This document shows positions 1-9,328 of a stretch of DNA of 64,000 nucleotides, in pieces. The position numbers were made by a program, and so were the translations under genes. Below the pieces are notes generated by a model. The model did no database searches and had not been told where the DNA came from. It worked only from the letters and a program-made list of their open reading frames with translations. This DNA is from a virus, in the IMG/VR virus record IMGVR_UViG_3300042503_002645, positions 32,001 to 96,000 of that record; one strand, 5' to 3'. How positions within the stretch are numbered: the stretch's first letter is position 1; each line of letters begins with the position of its first letter.

Positions 1-1
1 G

Positions 2-1222
2 CTCGTCACCGACGACGACGAGCGCGATCAGGACCGCCTTGCCGTCGCGCACGACCGCGGTTTCCCCACCGACGTCGACGACGTTGACAACGAAGGCGCA
101 CTTCTCGCCCGGCCGGTGGGGCCGTACAAGCGCAACACGATTCTGACGCCGAAAATCTTGAAAGATATCAAAGAGCTCGGAATCAAAGACATTCTCGTGC
201 GCAGCCCGATGGTCGGCGGCCCTGATGACGGCGGCGTCTATGCTAAGGACGTCGGCTACCGCGAAAAGGGCAGCTTGCCGCCAATTGGCGACTATGTCGG
301 CATTGCCGCGGCCCAGGCGCTTTCTGAGCCGGTCACGCAGGCGCAGATCTCTTCGAAGCACTCGGGTGGCGTGGGCGGCGCCAGCGCCATCGGCGGCTTC
401 AAGGCGATCAACGCGCTTGTTCAGGTGCCCAAGAAGTATCCGGACGGCGCGGCGCACGCACAGGTAGATGGGCGTGTCCAGGACATTCGCCCGGCACCCC
501 AGGGCGGCCATTACGTTCAGATCAACGGCCAGGATCACTACGTGCCTGTTGATCGCGAGCTGTCGGTGACGCGCGGCCAGGAAATCGAGGCGGGTGACGT
601 AATTTCCGATGGCATGCCCAATCCGGCCGAGGTCGTCAGGCACAAGGGCATCGGCGAGGGGCGGCGCTACTTTGTGCAGGCCATGCAGACTGTGTTCAAG
701 AATTCAGGCGTGTCTGGCCACCGTCGCAACATCGAGTTGCTGTCCCGCGGACTTGTAAACCACGTGCGCATGACGGACGAGCATGGCGATTACAGCCCAG
801 ACGACATTGTTCCTTATTCGATGCTCGAGCGCGCCTGGGAGCCCCGCACGGGCAGCGTGACGGGAGAGCCCAAAACCCTGATGGGGCACTATCTGGAGCG
901 CCCGATCCTGCACTACTCGATCGGGACAAAGATCGGGAAAAACGTGGTTGGTACGCTGGGTAAGTACGGCATAAACAACATTGAGGCGCACCGCGAGCCG
1001 CCGCCATTCCAGCCCGAGATGATTCGAGGCATGTCCAATATCTCGAACGACCCAGACTGGATGACCCGTATGCTTGGCTCGTACCAGCAAAAGGGGCTGC
1101 TCAGCAGCGTGCATCGCGGCGGCACCAGTGACACGGCAGGTAGCAGCTTTGTGCCCGCTTTGTCGCGCGGCGAGACGTTCGGTGCGTCGGGCGCAACGAG
1201 CGGATGGCGCCCGCAAACGTGA
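2..1222 (+). CDS. rpoC: Phage multisubunit RNA polymerase beta' subunit, C-terminal part (5'-truncated by the window)
   Basis: The frame is open from nt 2 (LVTDDD..., cf. bacterial LVVTEDDC). It contains VGIAAAQALSEPVTQAQISSKHSGG (cf. [24 protein letters not shown]), GQEIEAGDVISDG and HRRNIELLSR (cf. KHIEVIVRQ). Confidence 0.9.
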   Translation, partial: LVTDDDERDQDRLAVAHDRGFPTDVDDVDNEGALLARPVGPYKRNTILTPKILKDIKELGIKDILVRSPMVGGPDDGGVYAKDVGYREKGSLPPIGDYVGIAAAQALSEPVTQAQISSKHSGGVGGASAIGGFKAINALVQVPKKYPDGAAHAQVDGRVQDIRPAPQGGHYVQINGQDHYVPVDRELSVTRGQEIEAGDVISDGMPNPAEVVRHKGIGEGRRYFVQAMQTVFKNSGVSGHRRNIELLSRGLVNHVRMTDEHGDYSPDDIVPYSMLERAWEPRTGSVTGEPKTLMGHYLERPILHYSIGTKIGKNVVGTLGKYGINNIEAHREPPPFQPEMIRGMSNISNDPDWMTRMLGSYQQKGLLSSVHRGGTSDTAGSSFVPALSRGETFGASGATSGWRPQT

Positions 1223-1282
1223 TTCTGTAGGATGTAAGAGCTACGACACGGTAAATTGTTGCTTACGCGTGTCTTATGTCGT

Positions 1283-1298
1283 GCCGCACGGAGGTGGC
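1283..1298 (+). promoter_or_regulatory. CsrA/Rsm-type operator hairpin over the RBS (GCCGC-ACGGAG-GTGGC)
   Basis: 5-bp stem (one G-U) with an ANGGAN hexaloop containing the SD, 4 nt before GTG 1303. Confidence 0.6.
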
Positions 1299-1302
1299 TG
1301 CT

Positions 1303-3681
1303 GTGTACAACCGTAAGAAGACTGCGTCCTCGACGGCGCACTGGCTCAACGTGGTCCGCTCGCACAGTCGAGCCCAGACAAAGGCTGCCGCTGATTTCGG
1401 CGGCAAGGGCGACTCAACGTCCTTTGAGCAGGCTTTCAGCAACCTCGCCCACGCCTACCTCCGCGATTCCGCGCCCAAGCTTCTCGACCACGAGATTGGC
1501 TTCCAGCTTCTCGACCGTGACCGCGAGAACACCAAGGCGGTCGGCGTTTTCGCCTTCAAGGTCGGGTCGAACTGGCTTTACGCGCCAGTGTTCTTCCTGA
1601 ATGGCGATCTCAAAGGTCACGAGCTCCTGTACATCAAGAACCAGGACGTGTTCGTGCCGCTCAAGGAGAACTGGATCAACTATCTGGTCAACCGGAAGCC
1701 CAACATCCTGGGCAGCTCGGTTGAGCGGAATCTCAGCCAGCTCGGGCAGCGGCAGCCCGACTTCACCCAGCTTTCGCGATCCCCGGCCAAGTTCGGCTCG
1801 GCTAAGCCGACGCTCAGGGAGATGATGGCAGCGGTTTACGGTCCGTTCGCCAAGACCGCCACGATGAACACGGCGCTGGCGTTCCAGGAGGTCGGCCGCG
1901 CGCTGGACTTGCCGAAGTTCCTCAAGGAAGCGCGCCTCACCACGATCGACATGCTCGTGAAGACTTTCCAGGACGCTCCGGCCATGGCCAAGGCGTTCGA
2001 CGAGTTTCACGGCCTGGGCGTAATCAAGGAAGCCATCGCGCTGGCCAAGGAGCGGGAGAGCCGCCCGAAGATCGCCAGCGTGCTGTCGGAAGCCCCGGAA
2101 AAGAGCCCGGCTGCCGCCGGGCTCAAGATCATCAGCTACTCGGTGACGATGCAGACGAAGCTGCCGCCAGAGACGACCGAGGAAGACCAGGAGAAGCTTC
2201 TCCGCGACGGCGTGCTCATCCTCGACCAGCGCGACCGTGACAACGTCTCGATTCCTTACAACATTCAAGTCGACAAGAAGCTCTGGAACCCGACCGAGTC
2301 GGGCCTCTACGACATTCTCGTCAAGCCCGGCAACATCGAGCGGGTCTACATCGCCATGTTCCCGATGGGCGCGGCAAAGCGCTCCGATTTCGTGACCGTG
2401 GTTCGCACTGAGGGCAAGCCCGAGTGGATCAACACCCGGGCCGACCAGGTGTTCGTGGTGGCCTGCCCTACGGATGAAGAAAAGAAAGAGTGGTTCAACG
2501 GTCTGCCCGAGGCAAACAGCCTCCCCAGCAGCGGCCGATACATGCTGATCAGCGAACGCGGTGACGCCACCGTGCCGGTCCGCGTGATTCGCGAGTACGG
2601 CGAGAGCGAGTTCGGCGTGACGAGTTACGAAGTCCACATGGAGGACCACTCGAAGTTCCCGCCGAAGGGACACATCGGCCCGTGCTGCTACACAGACCCG
2701 CTGAACTACGACAAGTGGCGAGACGGCGTGCGCATCCATCTCAACGGCAAAAAGGGCTCCAGCCTGCGCAGCTCGATGGGCGACATCTTCGTTCCCGAGG
2801 GTTTCAAGCTCCTCAAGTGCGCCCCCGGCGAAGACGACGCCGAGACGGCCGAGGACCAGGGCGCATGCGGTTGCGGCTCGAGCGATATGCCGCCGCTGAT
2901 GCCTGGCAACCTGGCGGACGCCCAGCTCGAGCTGATGGGCAAGACGGCCAGCCTCGAGGTTTACCACAACGGCACCGAGGTGGTGATCAACAAGGAGGCA
3001 GCCCGCTCGCCCGTGGTGGCGCTGGTCACCCTCGTCGAGCACCATGGCCTGCGCGAGGACGCGGCACGCGAGATCCTCAAGCAGGCTGCGGCCAAGAGGA
3101 AGTTCGGCTGCCACGTGAAATACGCCGCGCCGTACGGCCCGCCGATGATGGTCAATCAAGGCCCAACGGCTCCGACTGACCCGGGTCCGGTGATGGGCGG
3201 CGAGACGATCATGGGCGCCGATGTTCCCACCCAGATGGGAATCGACATCGGCATGCCGGTGGCGGACATGTCAGCCAGCCTCACCGACCGGCAGATCTAC
3301 AACCCGAACACGCGCCTGGACAAGAAGGACATCAACAACGTCATGCAGGCGGCGCAGTCCGGGCAGAAGGAAGTGTTCGACACGGCGATGATCGGCAGCA
3401 TGCTCCGGGCTGTCCGGGACGACTCGATGGTCGACCGGTACATGGGCGAGCTGACCAACGGGCTCGACAAGCTTGGCCGCATTCTGTTCATGTTCTACTG
3501 GCACGGCGACAAGTTCGCGGACCGTTACGGTAAGTCGGACATGCCCGAGCTCGAGGACTCGCTGCGTAACGCCTTCGAAATGCTTGGGGACGTTATCCTG
3601 TTCCTCAAGCAGAAGACCATCGAGCCGTACCCGGAAGAGGCGGGGGCTGACGCCGACCTCTCCAGTGTGGCCAACGCATAA
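1303..3681 (+). CDS. Large hypothetical protein, probable internal head protein
   Basis: ORF 1276-3681; better start is GTG 1303 after GGAGG. Many K-x-A motifs (KTAS, KAAA, KTAT, KIAS, KEAA, KQAA, KYAA). Lies in the head module. Confidence 0.75.
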   Translation: MYNRKKTASSTAHWLNVVRSHSRAQTKAAADFGGKGDSTSFEQAFSNLAHAYLRDSAPKLLDHEIGFQLLDRDRENTKAVGVFAFKVGSNWLYAPVFFLNGDLKGHELLYIKNQDVFVPLKENWINYLVNRKPNILGSSVERNLSQLGQRQPDFTQLSRSPAKFGSAKPTLREMMAAVYGPFAKTATMNTALAFQEVGRALDLPKFLKEARLTTIDMLVKTFQDAPAMAKAFDEFHGLGVIKEAIALAKERESRPKIASVLSEAPEKSPAAAGLKIISYSVTMQTKLPPETTEEDQEKLLRDGVLILDQRDRDNVSIPYNIQVDKKLWNPTESGLYDILVKPGNIERVYIAMFPMGAAKRSDFVTVVRTEGKPEWINTRADQVFVVACPTDEEKKEWFNGLPEANSLPSSGRYMLISERGDATVPVRVIREYGESEFGVTSYEVHMEDHSKFPPKGHIGPCCYTDPLNYDKWRDGVRIHLNGKKGSSLRSSMGDIFVPEGFKLLKCAPGEDDAETAEDQGACGCGSSDMPPLMPGNLADAQLELMGKTASLEVYHNGTEVVINKEAARSPVVALVTLVEHHGLREDAAREILKQAAAKRKFGCHVKYAAPYGPPMMVNQGPTAPTDPGPVMGGETIMGADVPTQMGIDIGMPVADMSASLTDRQIYNPNTRLDKKDINNVMQAAQSGQKEVFDTAMIGSMLRAVRDDSMVDRYMGELTNGLDKLGRILFMFYWHGDKFADRYGKSDMPELEDSLRNAFEMLGDVILFLKQKTIEPYPEEAGADADLSSVANA

Positions 3682-3690
3682 AGGTGAAAC

Positions 3691-4089
3691 ATGGGACACA
3701 GCACGATTTGGTCCGGCGAGACGGTGTTCGAGGCGACCAGCGGCGCAGAGGCCGTCGTGGCGCTCAAGGTGCCGCATCGCGGCGTGATCCGCGGTTTCAG
3801 CCTGTCGCAAACCAGCGGCGCCAACGCGGGCGCGGCTGCGGCGATCTACACCAGCAAGCAAGACACCACGCCCAACAGCACGCTCCCTGCCGAGGCGTTT
3901 CACATCCTCGACATTACGCTCACGGCGGCGGCCAAGGTTGATAATCACAACCTGAACGTCGCGTACGTGAACCGAGACGGCACGCCGACGAATCCGCAAA
4001 GATATCTTTACTTGAAGATCACCCCTGCAGGTTCGGGCGCCAAGAACTTCGTGTTCTCGATCACCATTGAGACGCCATCGCTGCGCTAA
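3691..4089 (+). CDS. Hypothetical beta-rich protein (132 aa), possibly virion
   Basis: AGGTG RBS, phage-like codon usage, TAATG coupling to the next gene. Confidence 0.7.
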   Translation: MGHSTIWSGETVFEATSGAEAVVALKVPHRGVIRGFSLSQTSGANAGAAAAIYTSKQDTTPNSTLPAEAFHILDITLTAAAKVDNHNLNVAYVNRDGTPTNPQRYLYLKITPAGSGAKNFVFSITIETPSLR

Positions 4090-5018
4090 TGCTCCAAGCA
4101 CTTCGAGATAACCCGCGGCGCGCCCCGAACTGGCGCTGGCTGCGGGCTGTGCATATTGACGGCGGCGGCCCCAAGGCCTCCCGCGCCATGGACGGCGAGG
4201 AGGGCTTTAGCTGGATCCGCCGCGCGTCTCGCATGAAGCGGCGGTACGAACGTGCAGGCGGCCGCCCGGACGTACTTTACCGGCTGATCCAGTACGACCG
4301 CGAAATGTTCTGGGCGCACTCGATTTGGCTTGATGACAAGGCGCCGACGCGTTGGGCGATTGAGGCCCGCATTTTGGCGGGCGAATCCAACGAGGGTATC
4401 GCGGAGCGCCTCGGCACGGCCCCCGAAATCATCGCCGCCTACGAGAGCGTCTTTTTCAATGTGCGCGACATGCTCGACCGCCGCGATTACATCGTCAACG
4501 TAGTTATGGGCGACGCCGTGACCCGCGGGCTTTCCGAGCGGCAATACGACTTGCTCTGGAAGCTTTTTGGCTACCACGGCGGCAGCCACGTCCTGGACGC
4601 GGTGATCTCGAAGTTCTCGCCGATTGCCAAGCCCGAGAAGTCGGACGACGTCGGCCAGTTCTTCCAGGACTTTGCGGTGAACACCGTGAAGCACAAGGCC
4701 GCGATTGCCACGCTGACGGTCCCAATCAACACGCACACCCAGCTGGCGATTATCGACTCGTTCGTTCAGTACGTGCAGATCGAGAAAAACAGCGAAAACT
4801 CCGGAAAAGCCCAGTCGACCATCGTCGAGAACATCGGGGCCATGCTTGGGGCGCTGCCTTTCCGAATCGGCACGAAACTGGAATCCAGAGCCGACAAAAT
4901 GTTACCTTACGATGACGGCGCGGCAGAGCTGCGCAACGATGAGTTGATGGTTGTCGCGACCGGCGGCACGATCATTGACCACAAAGAAATCCAGGACCTG
5001 CGGTTCCCGGGAGAATAA
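4089..5018 (+). CDS. Hypothetical protein (309 aa) with a possible HTH segment
   Basis: Coupled ORF. ESNEGIAERLGTAPEIIAAY resembles a helix-turn-helix. Confidence 0.7.
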   Translation: MLQALRDNPRRAPNWRWLRAVHIDGGGPKASRAMDGEEGFSWIRRASRMKRRYERAGGRPDVLYRLIQYDREMFWAHSIWLDDKAPTRWAIEARILAGESNEGIAERLGTAPEIIAAYESVFFNVRDMLDRRDYIVNVVMGDAVTRGLSERQYDLLWKLFGYHGGSHVLDAVISKFSPIAKPEKSDDVGQFFQDFAVNTVKHKAAIATLTVPINTHTQLAIIDSFVQYVQIEKNSENSGKAQSTIVENIGAMLGALPFRIGTKLESRADKMLPYDDGAAELRNDELMVVATGGTIIDHKEIQDLRFPGE

Positions 5019-5020
5019 AC

Positions 5021-6949
5021 ATGCAGCCTCTTTCGAAACAGGCCGAGGCCAAGCTGATCGCGGCTATCGAGCGCGCGGCTTCGTACGTGAACGACGGCCT
5101 TGCGCCGAACGACGCCATCATCAAGAGCGCCTCGGAGTCGAGCATTCCGTCAGGACACATCAACCTGATGGTTCACGCCTACAACACCGGGCGTACGACC
5201 AAGCAGCGCGAGCAGGGCAACGACACGCTCGAAAAGGCGGCCGATTTCCCGCTGGCTGACGGCACGACCGTCATGGACGCGCTGTTCCCCAAGGCTGTGA
5301 AGACCTCCGCAGAGATTTCACGCGCTCAAGTGGTTTCCGCTGAATACGCCGTCGACCCAGCTGGCATGCTGGCACGCCGTAAGGCCGCTCAGGCCAAGGA
5401 AGCCGCCGCAAAGATATCTTTGCCCGCGCCGACGTGGGTCCCTCCGCCGCGTGACGAGGAGGCGGCCGCCCGGCGCGCTGCCTCCGAGAAGCGCGCCGCA
5501 GAGTTGGCCCAGGAAGAGCTTCGACGCCAGGCTACGGTCGCCTACGCAAAGGCAGCCGCGGCCATGGAAGAGCTTGGCGATTATTTCCGTCGTCCGGGCA
5601 ACATGAGCTTTCAGGACGCCGTGCGCGAGACCGATCTGCGCTTCGGCGACGAGGGCGTGAGCGTGCTCAACAAGCTCGCGCAGGTCTACCCACACCTCAC
5701 CAAGCAGGCCGCCACAAAGGGGGTCGTTATTGGCGAGTGCCAGCCCTGCAAGCTGGCCGCGGCCGTGCTGACGGCGCTCGAGGCGTACAACGAGGCGCAG
5801 GCCAAGGTGCCGGTGAAGGAGGCTGCGTGTAAGAAAGACACGCCAGTCTTTCTTACAGGTTCCATTCTCTACAACCCCGCCGACGAGCCACTGACGCTGA
5901 AGAGCGCCATGGCCGTAGGTGACCGCTATGGGCTGCTCGACCAGCCGCGTACAGGGCAGGAAGGAGCGCCGCGACTCGGCAACAAAGGGGTCGAGGTCGA
6001 TCCTGCCGCGCATGCGGACTTCGTAGCGCGCCGTCCGGCGCCGGGCCCCAATTTTCGTCTGGTGATGCCAGACCGCAAGCTCGGCAATCCGATCTGGGCA
6101 GCTGACGAAGAGCTGATGGACGAGGCTGCCTTCGACGAGCAGAAGGCGCAGCAGCTGGCGCTTGAGGCAGCGCGGCGTGATGCGCGGCGGTCAACGAGCA
6201 GCAGCCCGCTGGTCAACGCGGTCGACAACATTCTTGGCGGGGCAGACGACGAGGCCGCAGATTTCATTCCCGACGATGAGCCGACCGATGCCGGTGGTGC
6301 CAGCGCCGCTGGCGGTGGCGGAAGTTCGGGTGGTGGCGGGGGTGGTATTCGCGGCAGTGGCGGCGGCGCTCCAGGTGGCCCCAGTGGTCGCGGCAACCGC
6401 GGCCCCCGAGGCGGCGGGGGCGGTCCGCCGCCACCACCTCCGGGCGGTCCTCCGGGTGGTCCTCCGGGAGGCGGCGGCCGACGCCAGGGCGGAAGCGGTT
6501 CCGGCAAAGACACGGAGCCGCAGTCGTCCTTCCCGCTCACGAAAGGCGTGCTCAACGTTGCCAAGCGGCTGGTCCAGGGCGGGCTGGCGATGCAAAAGGA
6601 TCCGCGTGATTTGACCCGCGGCGCTTACAACACGCTGACCGATCCAGAACACGAATCCGAGCTGCGCAACATTCGCGCAAACGGCGTGCTGCATGACCTG
6701 GTGCTTAATGACCCGGTCATCTCCGGACACGACCCGCACGAAGTCGCGTTGGCGTTCAATGATCTTGCGGAGGTTGCGCCCAATTTCGTCGACTCGCCTG
6801 CTACAATGCAGGCTCTGTTGCGAAAGCGCCTCGAGGCTGGCCATCTGGCTGATTTCGACATCAAGCAGCTCATCGACATGGAAAAGACCCGCGCCGATAC
6901 GGAGAAGGCGCGTGTCGATACGATGGCCGCGGAACGCCAGCTTATCTAA
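5021..6949 (+). CDS. Probable internal head protein with a Gly/Pro low-complexity insert (642 aa)
   Basis: Numerous K-x-A motifs (KQAE, KSAS, EKAA, KEAA, KQAA, KLAA) and a GGPPGGPPGG tract. Confidence 0.72.
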   Translation: MQPLSKQAEAKLIAAIERAASYVNDGLAPNDAIIKSASESSIPSGHINLMVHAYNTGRTTKQREQGNDTLEKAADFPLADGTTVMDALFPKAVKTSAEISRAQVVSAEYAVDPAGMLARRKAAQAKEAAAKISLPAPTWVPPPRDEEAAARRAASEKRAAELAQEELRRQATVAYAKAAAAMEELGDYFRRPGNMSFQDAVRETDLRFGDEGVSVLNKLAQVYPHLTKQAATKGVVIGECQPCKLAAAVLTALEAYNEAQAKVPVKEAACKKDTPVFLTGSILYNPADEPLTLKSAMAVGDRYGLLDQPRTGQEGAPRLGNKGVEVDPAAHADFVARRPAPGPNFRLVMPDRKLGNPIWAADEELMDEAAFDEQKAQQLALEAARRDARRSTSSSPLVNAVDNILGGADDEAADFIPDDEPTDAGGASAAGGGGSSGGGGGGIRGSGGGAPGGPSGRGNRGPRGGGGGPPPPPPGGPPGGPPGGGGRRQGGSGSGKDTEPQSSFPLTKGVLNVAKRLVQGGLAMQKDPRDLTRGAYNTLTDPEHESELRNIRANGVLHDLVLNDPVISGHDPHEVALAFNDLAEVAPNFVDSPATMQALLRKRLEAGHLADFDIKQLIDMEKTRADTEKARVDTMAAERQLI

Positions 6950-6959
6950 GGGTCTAGGC

Positions 6960-7811
6960 ATGGATGCCAACACACTGAACGACCTTGCTAGCTCGTTGGC
7001 CGTGCTCTCGGTGACCGGCGATCGGGCGCCGCTGGAAAAGGCCGCCGCGGATTATCTCAAACAGGCCGACCTGATGCAGCAGCTGCAGGGTTACGGCAAC
7101 CAAGCAGCCGATTACGCCAAGGGGCTGTACGCACAGGCTCAGCCGCACTTGGCTGACCCTTACGTGCGGAATTCGCTCATCGGCCTCGGCGCCGGTGGAC
7201 TTGTCGGCATGATGCAGCCGAAGCGCAAGCTTCGTAGCGCGCTGACTTACGGCCTGGTAGGCGGCCTGGGCGGCCTGGGCCTGGCGCATGCGCTCAACGG
7301 CGGCCAGCTTCCCGCGGGCGGCGGCGGAAACGCTGCTGCGTCCGCCGATCGAGCCGCACGAGTGCAGGCGGCGAATACAGCAATCGTGGCCGAGGGCAAA
7401 AATCCAGGCGCGCGGCAACTTGCCGGGCAGGTCGCAGGCTTCGCGACAGCTGTACCCGCTTATGGTGTGATTCGTGATCGGCTCATTGCCCGAAACGGCA
7501 TGCGCAACCTGTACAACGTGCCGGAGACGGCCAGCCGCGCGACGCGCGAGATTGCGCAGCGCGTCCAGCCGCAGGGCGACAAGTTTGTGTTCACCGCCAA
7601 TGAGCCGTCCGAGCTTAAGCGACTGTCGGCAGCCAAGCTTGAAGCAAACAGGCTGGCAAAACCCACGCTTAGCCAGCGCACGCTCGCGGGCACGGGCGCG
7701 GGCGTTGTCGGTATTCTGTCTTCGCTCGGCATGGGGCGGCTCGGTGAGTGGGCGGCTAACTATTACAATAAGCCGCTGTACGACGCCAAAACTAGGGCGC
7801 AAGCACAATGA
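6960..7811 (+). CDS. Probable head/ejection protein with glycine-zipper hydrophobic helices (283 aa)
   Basis: In-frame ATG at 6960 after the previous stop. EKAA and KQA near the N-terminus. Segments LIGLGAGGLVGMM, GLVGGLGGLGLAHAL and GTGAGVVGILSSLG. Confidence 0.65.
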   Translation: MDANTLNDLASSLAVLSVTGDRAPLEKAAADYLKQADLMQQLQGYGNQAADYAKGLYAQAQPHLADPYVRNSLIGLGAGGLVGMMQPKRKLRSALTYGLVGGLGGLGLAHALNGGQLPAGGGGNAAASADRAARVQAANTAIVAEGKNPGARQLAGQVAGFATAVPAYGVIRDRLIARNGMRNLYNVPETASRATREIAQRVQPQGDKFVFTANEPSELKRLSAAKLEANRLAKPTLSQRTLAGTGAGVVGILSSLGMGRLGEWAANYYNKPLYDAKTRAQAQ

Positions 7812-9283
7812 GCATGATCAAGGTCATCCAGCCGAACTCGCAGGACTTTAGCGAACCGGTTGCCGCGCTGGTGAAGCTGTCCAGCCGCGGACTGCTCGGC
7901 GCCGACCGGGTCGCGTTCATCAAGCGCGCGGGCGCCGACTTCGCCGAGAAGCTTAATCAGGTGAAGTTCGCGTCGGACGAGATTCCCGTTCACATGATCG
8001 CAATCGGCGCCACCGAGGATTACGGGCCGAACCGTAATGCCGACGGTTTCACGCGCGCCGCATGCCAGCAGCATCACAACACATTCGAGAAGTTCGCGAA
8101 GTTCTACCGTGATCATCTCAACAAGGATCCGGCCAAGAGTTACGGCGTCGTGAAGGTTGCAGCCTGGAACGAGCCGATGAAGCGCATCGAGCTGATCTGT
8201 GCGCTGAACGGCTCCAAGGAAGCAGCCGCGCGCAACGGAGGCCTGCTCGCCGACCGCGAGATGGAGAAGCTGGCTCGCGGCGAAGACATCGGCGTCTCGA
8301 TGGCCTGCAAGATTCCTTTCGACGTCTGCTCGAGCTGCGGAAACCATGCGCGCACCCGCGCCGAGTACTGCGACTCGGTTGAGAACGGCGGCATGTGCAA
8401 GGCGGGCGGCCTGAAACACAATCTCGGCCGCGTCCTGGAAAACGGCCACATCCTTCACGCTGACAACCCCGATCCCACGTTCTTCGACATCTCGCACGTC
8501 TTTCGCCCTGCCGATCGTATTGCATACATCTTCGGCAAGGTTGCGCACGACCTCGAGAAAGCTGCCAGCGCTGGCGTGCTGAGCGGCTCCGAACTGGCCG
8601 AACAGCTCGGTGTTTCTGCGCCCGCGGGTTTCGATCGCGATCTGCGCGGATCGTTGCTGTTGGCGCGGCAGCTCGACGCGCTCGAGAAGCTGGCTGCAGC
8701 GGAGATCGCTGCAGCCGCGGCCCCGCAGTCCTGGACGCAAGTAGCGTTATCGTCGGCAATCAGTGTGCAGCCGCCCATCAGTCTTGCCGACGCCGACAAC
8801 GTCAAACTAGCCGAGGCGCTGCGCGCGCTGGGCGACGCCGGTGTTGTGTTGCCTGTGCGCGACTTCTTGTCGCTGGTCGGCATCAAGCACGCTAGCGCAG
8901 ACCTCGTGCGCGCTGTGTCAGTCGAACTCGATGGCGTGTTCAGCAAACTTGCAAGCGACCCGGATATCACGCAGGCCCTTGAAAACAACGCGTTTTCTCC
9001 GGCAGGCACCGCGTCCGCCAAAGTTCGAATGTGGGCCGAAAAGGTGGCGCTCACACACAGTGTTCGTCCGCAGGCAGTCGAAAAGCGCGCGTATCAAGCC
9101 GTGCTTCGTGACGCGCGTGCGCCCGAACTTGTGCGCGAGAAGGGTGCAAGTTCGAGAGCGGCCGGGGCCCTTGCGCGGCAGTACGCTCTGTATAAGATTG
9201 CCGCCTGCGCGACCTTGAGTGAAAAAACTGAAGTTTGCTGGTTGACAGCAAACCATTGTGTTCTGCAGAATTACATTACGTGA
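7808..9283 (+). CDS. Putative prohead (capsid maturation) protease
   Basis: NRNADGF, HLNKDP and GVSMACKIPFDVCSSCGN resemble the SMxC...CSxCG signature of phage head-maturation serine proteases. Lies upstream of the scaffold and capsid genes. Confidence 0.7.
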   Translation: MSMIKVIQPNSQDFSEPVAALVKLSSRGLLGADRVAFIKRAGADFAEKLNQVKFASDEIPVHMIAIGATEDYGPNRNADGFTRAACQQHHNTFEKFAKFYRDHLNKDPAKSYGVVKVAAWNEPMKRIELICALNGSKEAAARNGGLLADREMEKLARGEDIGVSMACKIPFDVCSSCGNHARTRAEYCDSVENGGMCKAGGLKHNLGRVLENGHILHADNPDPTFFDISHVFRPADRIAYIFGKVAHDLEKAASAGVLSGSELAEQLGVSAPAGFDRDLRGSLLLARQLDALEKLAAAEIAAAAAPQSWTQVALSSAISVQPPISLADADNVKLAEALRALGDAGVVLPVRDFLSLVGIKHASADLVRAVSVELDGVFSKLASDPDITQALENNAFSPAGTASAKVRMWAEKVALTHSVRPQAVEKRAYQAVLRDARAPELVREKGASSRAAGALARQYALYKIAACATLSEKTEVCWLTANHCVLQNYIT

Positions 9284-9328
9284 ACGGAATCCGCGCGCTA
9301 AAGCGTGTGGGGCCACAAGGAGATGACC

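Noticed and set aside
2-1222. Host chromosomal rpoC
   Set aside because: Too divergent at universally conserved residues, and flanked by phage head genes rather than ribosomal genes.
3998-4009. GATATC motif as mere EcoRV sites or an Asp-Ile codon-pair artefact
   Set aside because: It occurs in all three frames with constrained A/T flanks. Plain GATATC sites with GC flanks (e.g. 8963, 40399, 47612) were excluded from the count.
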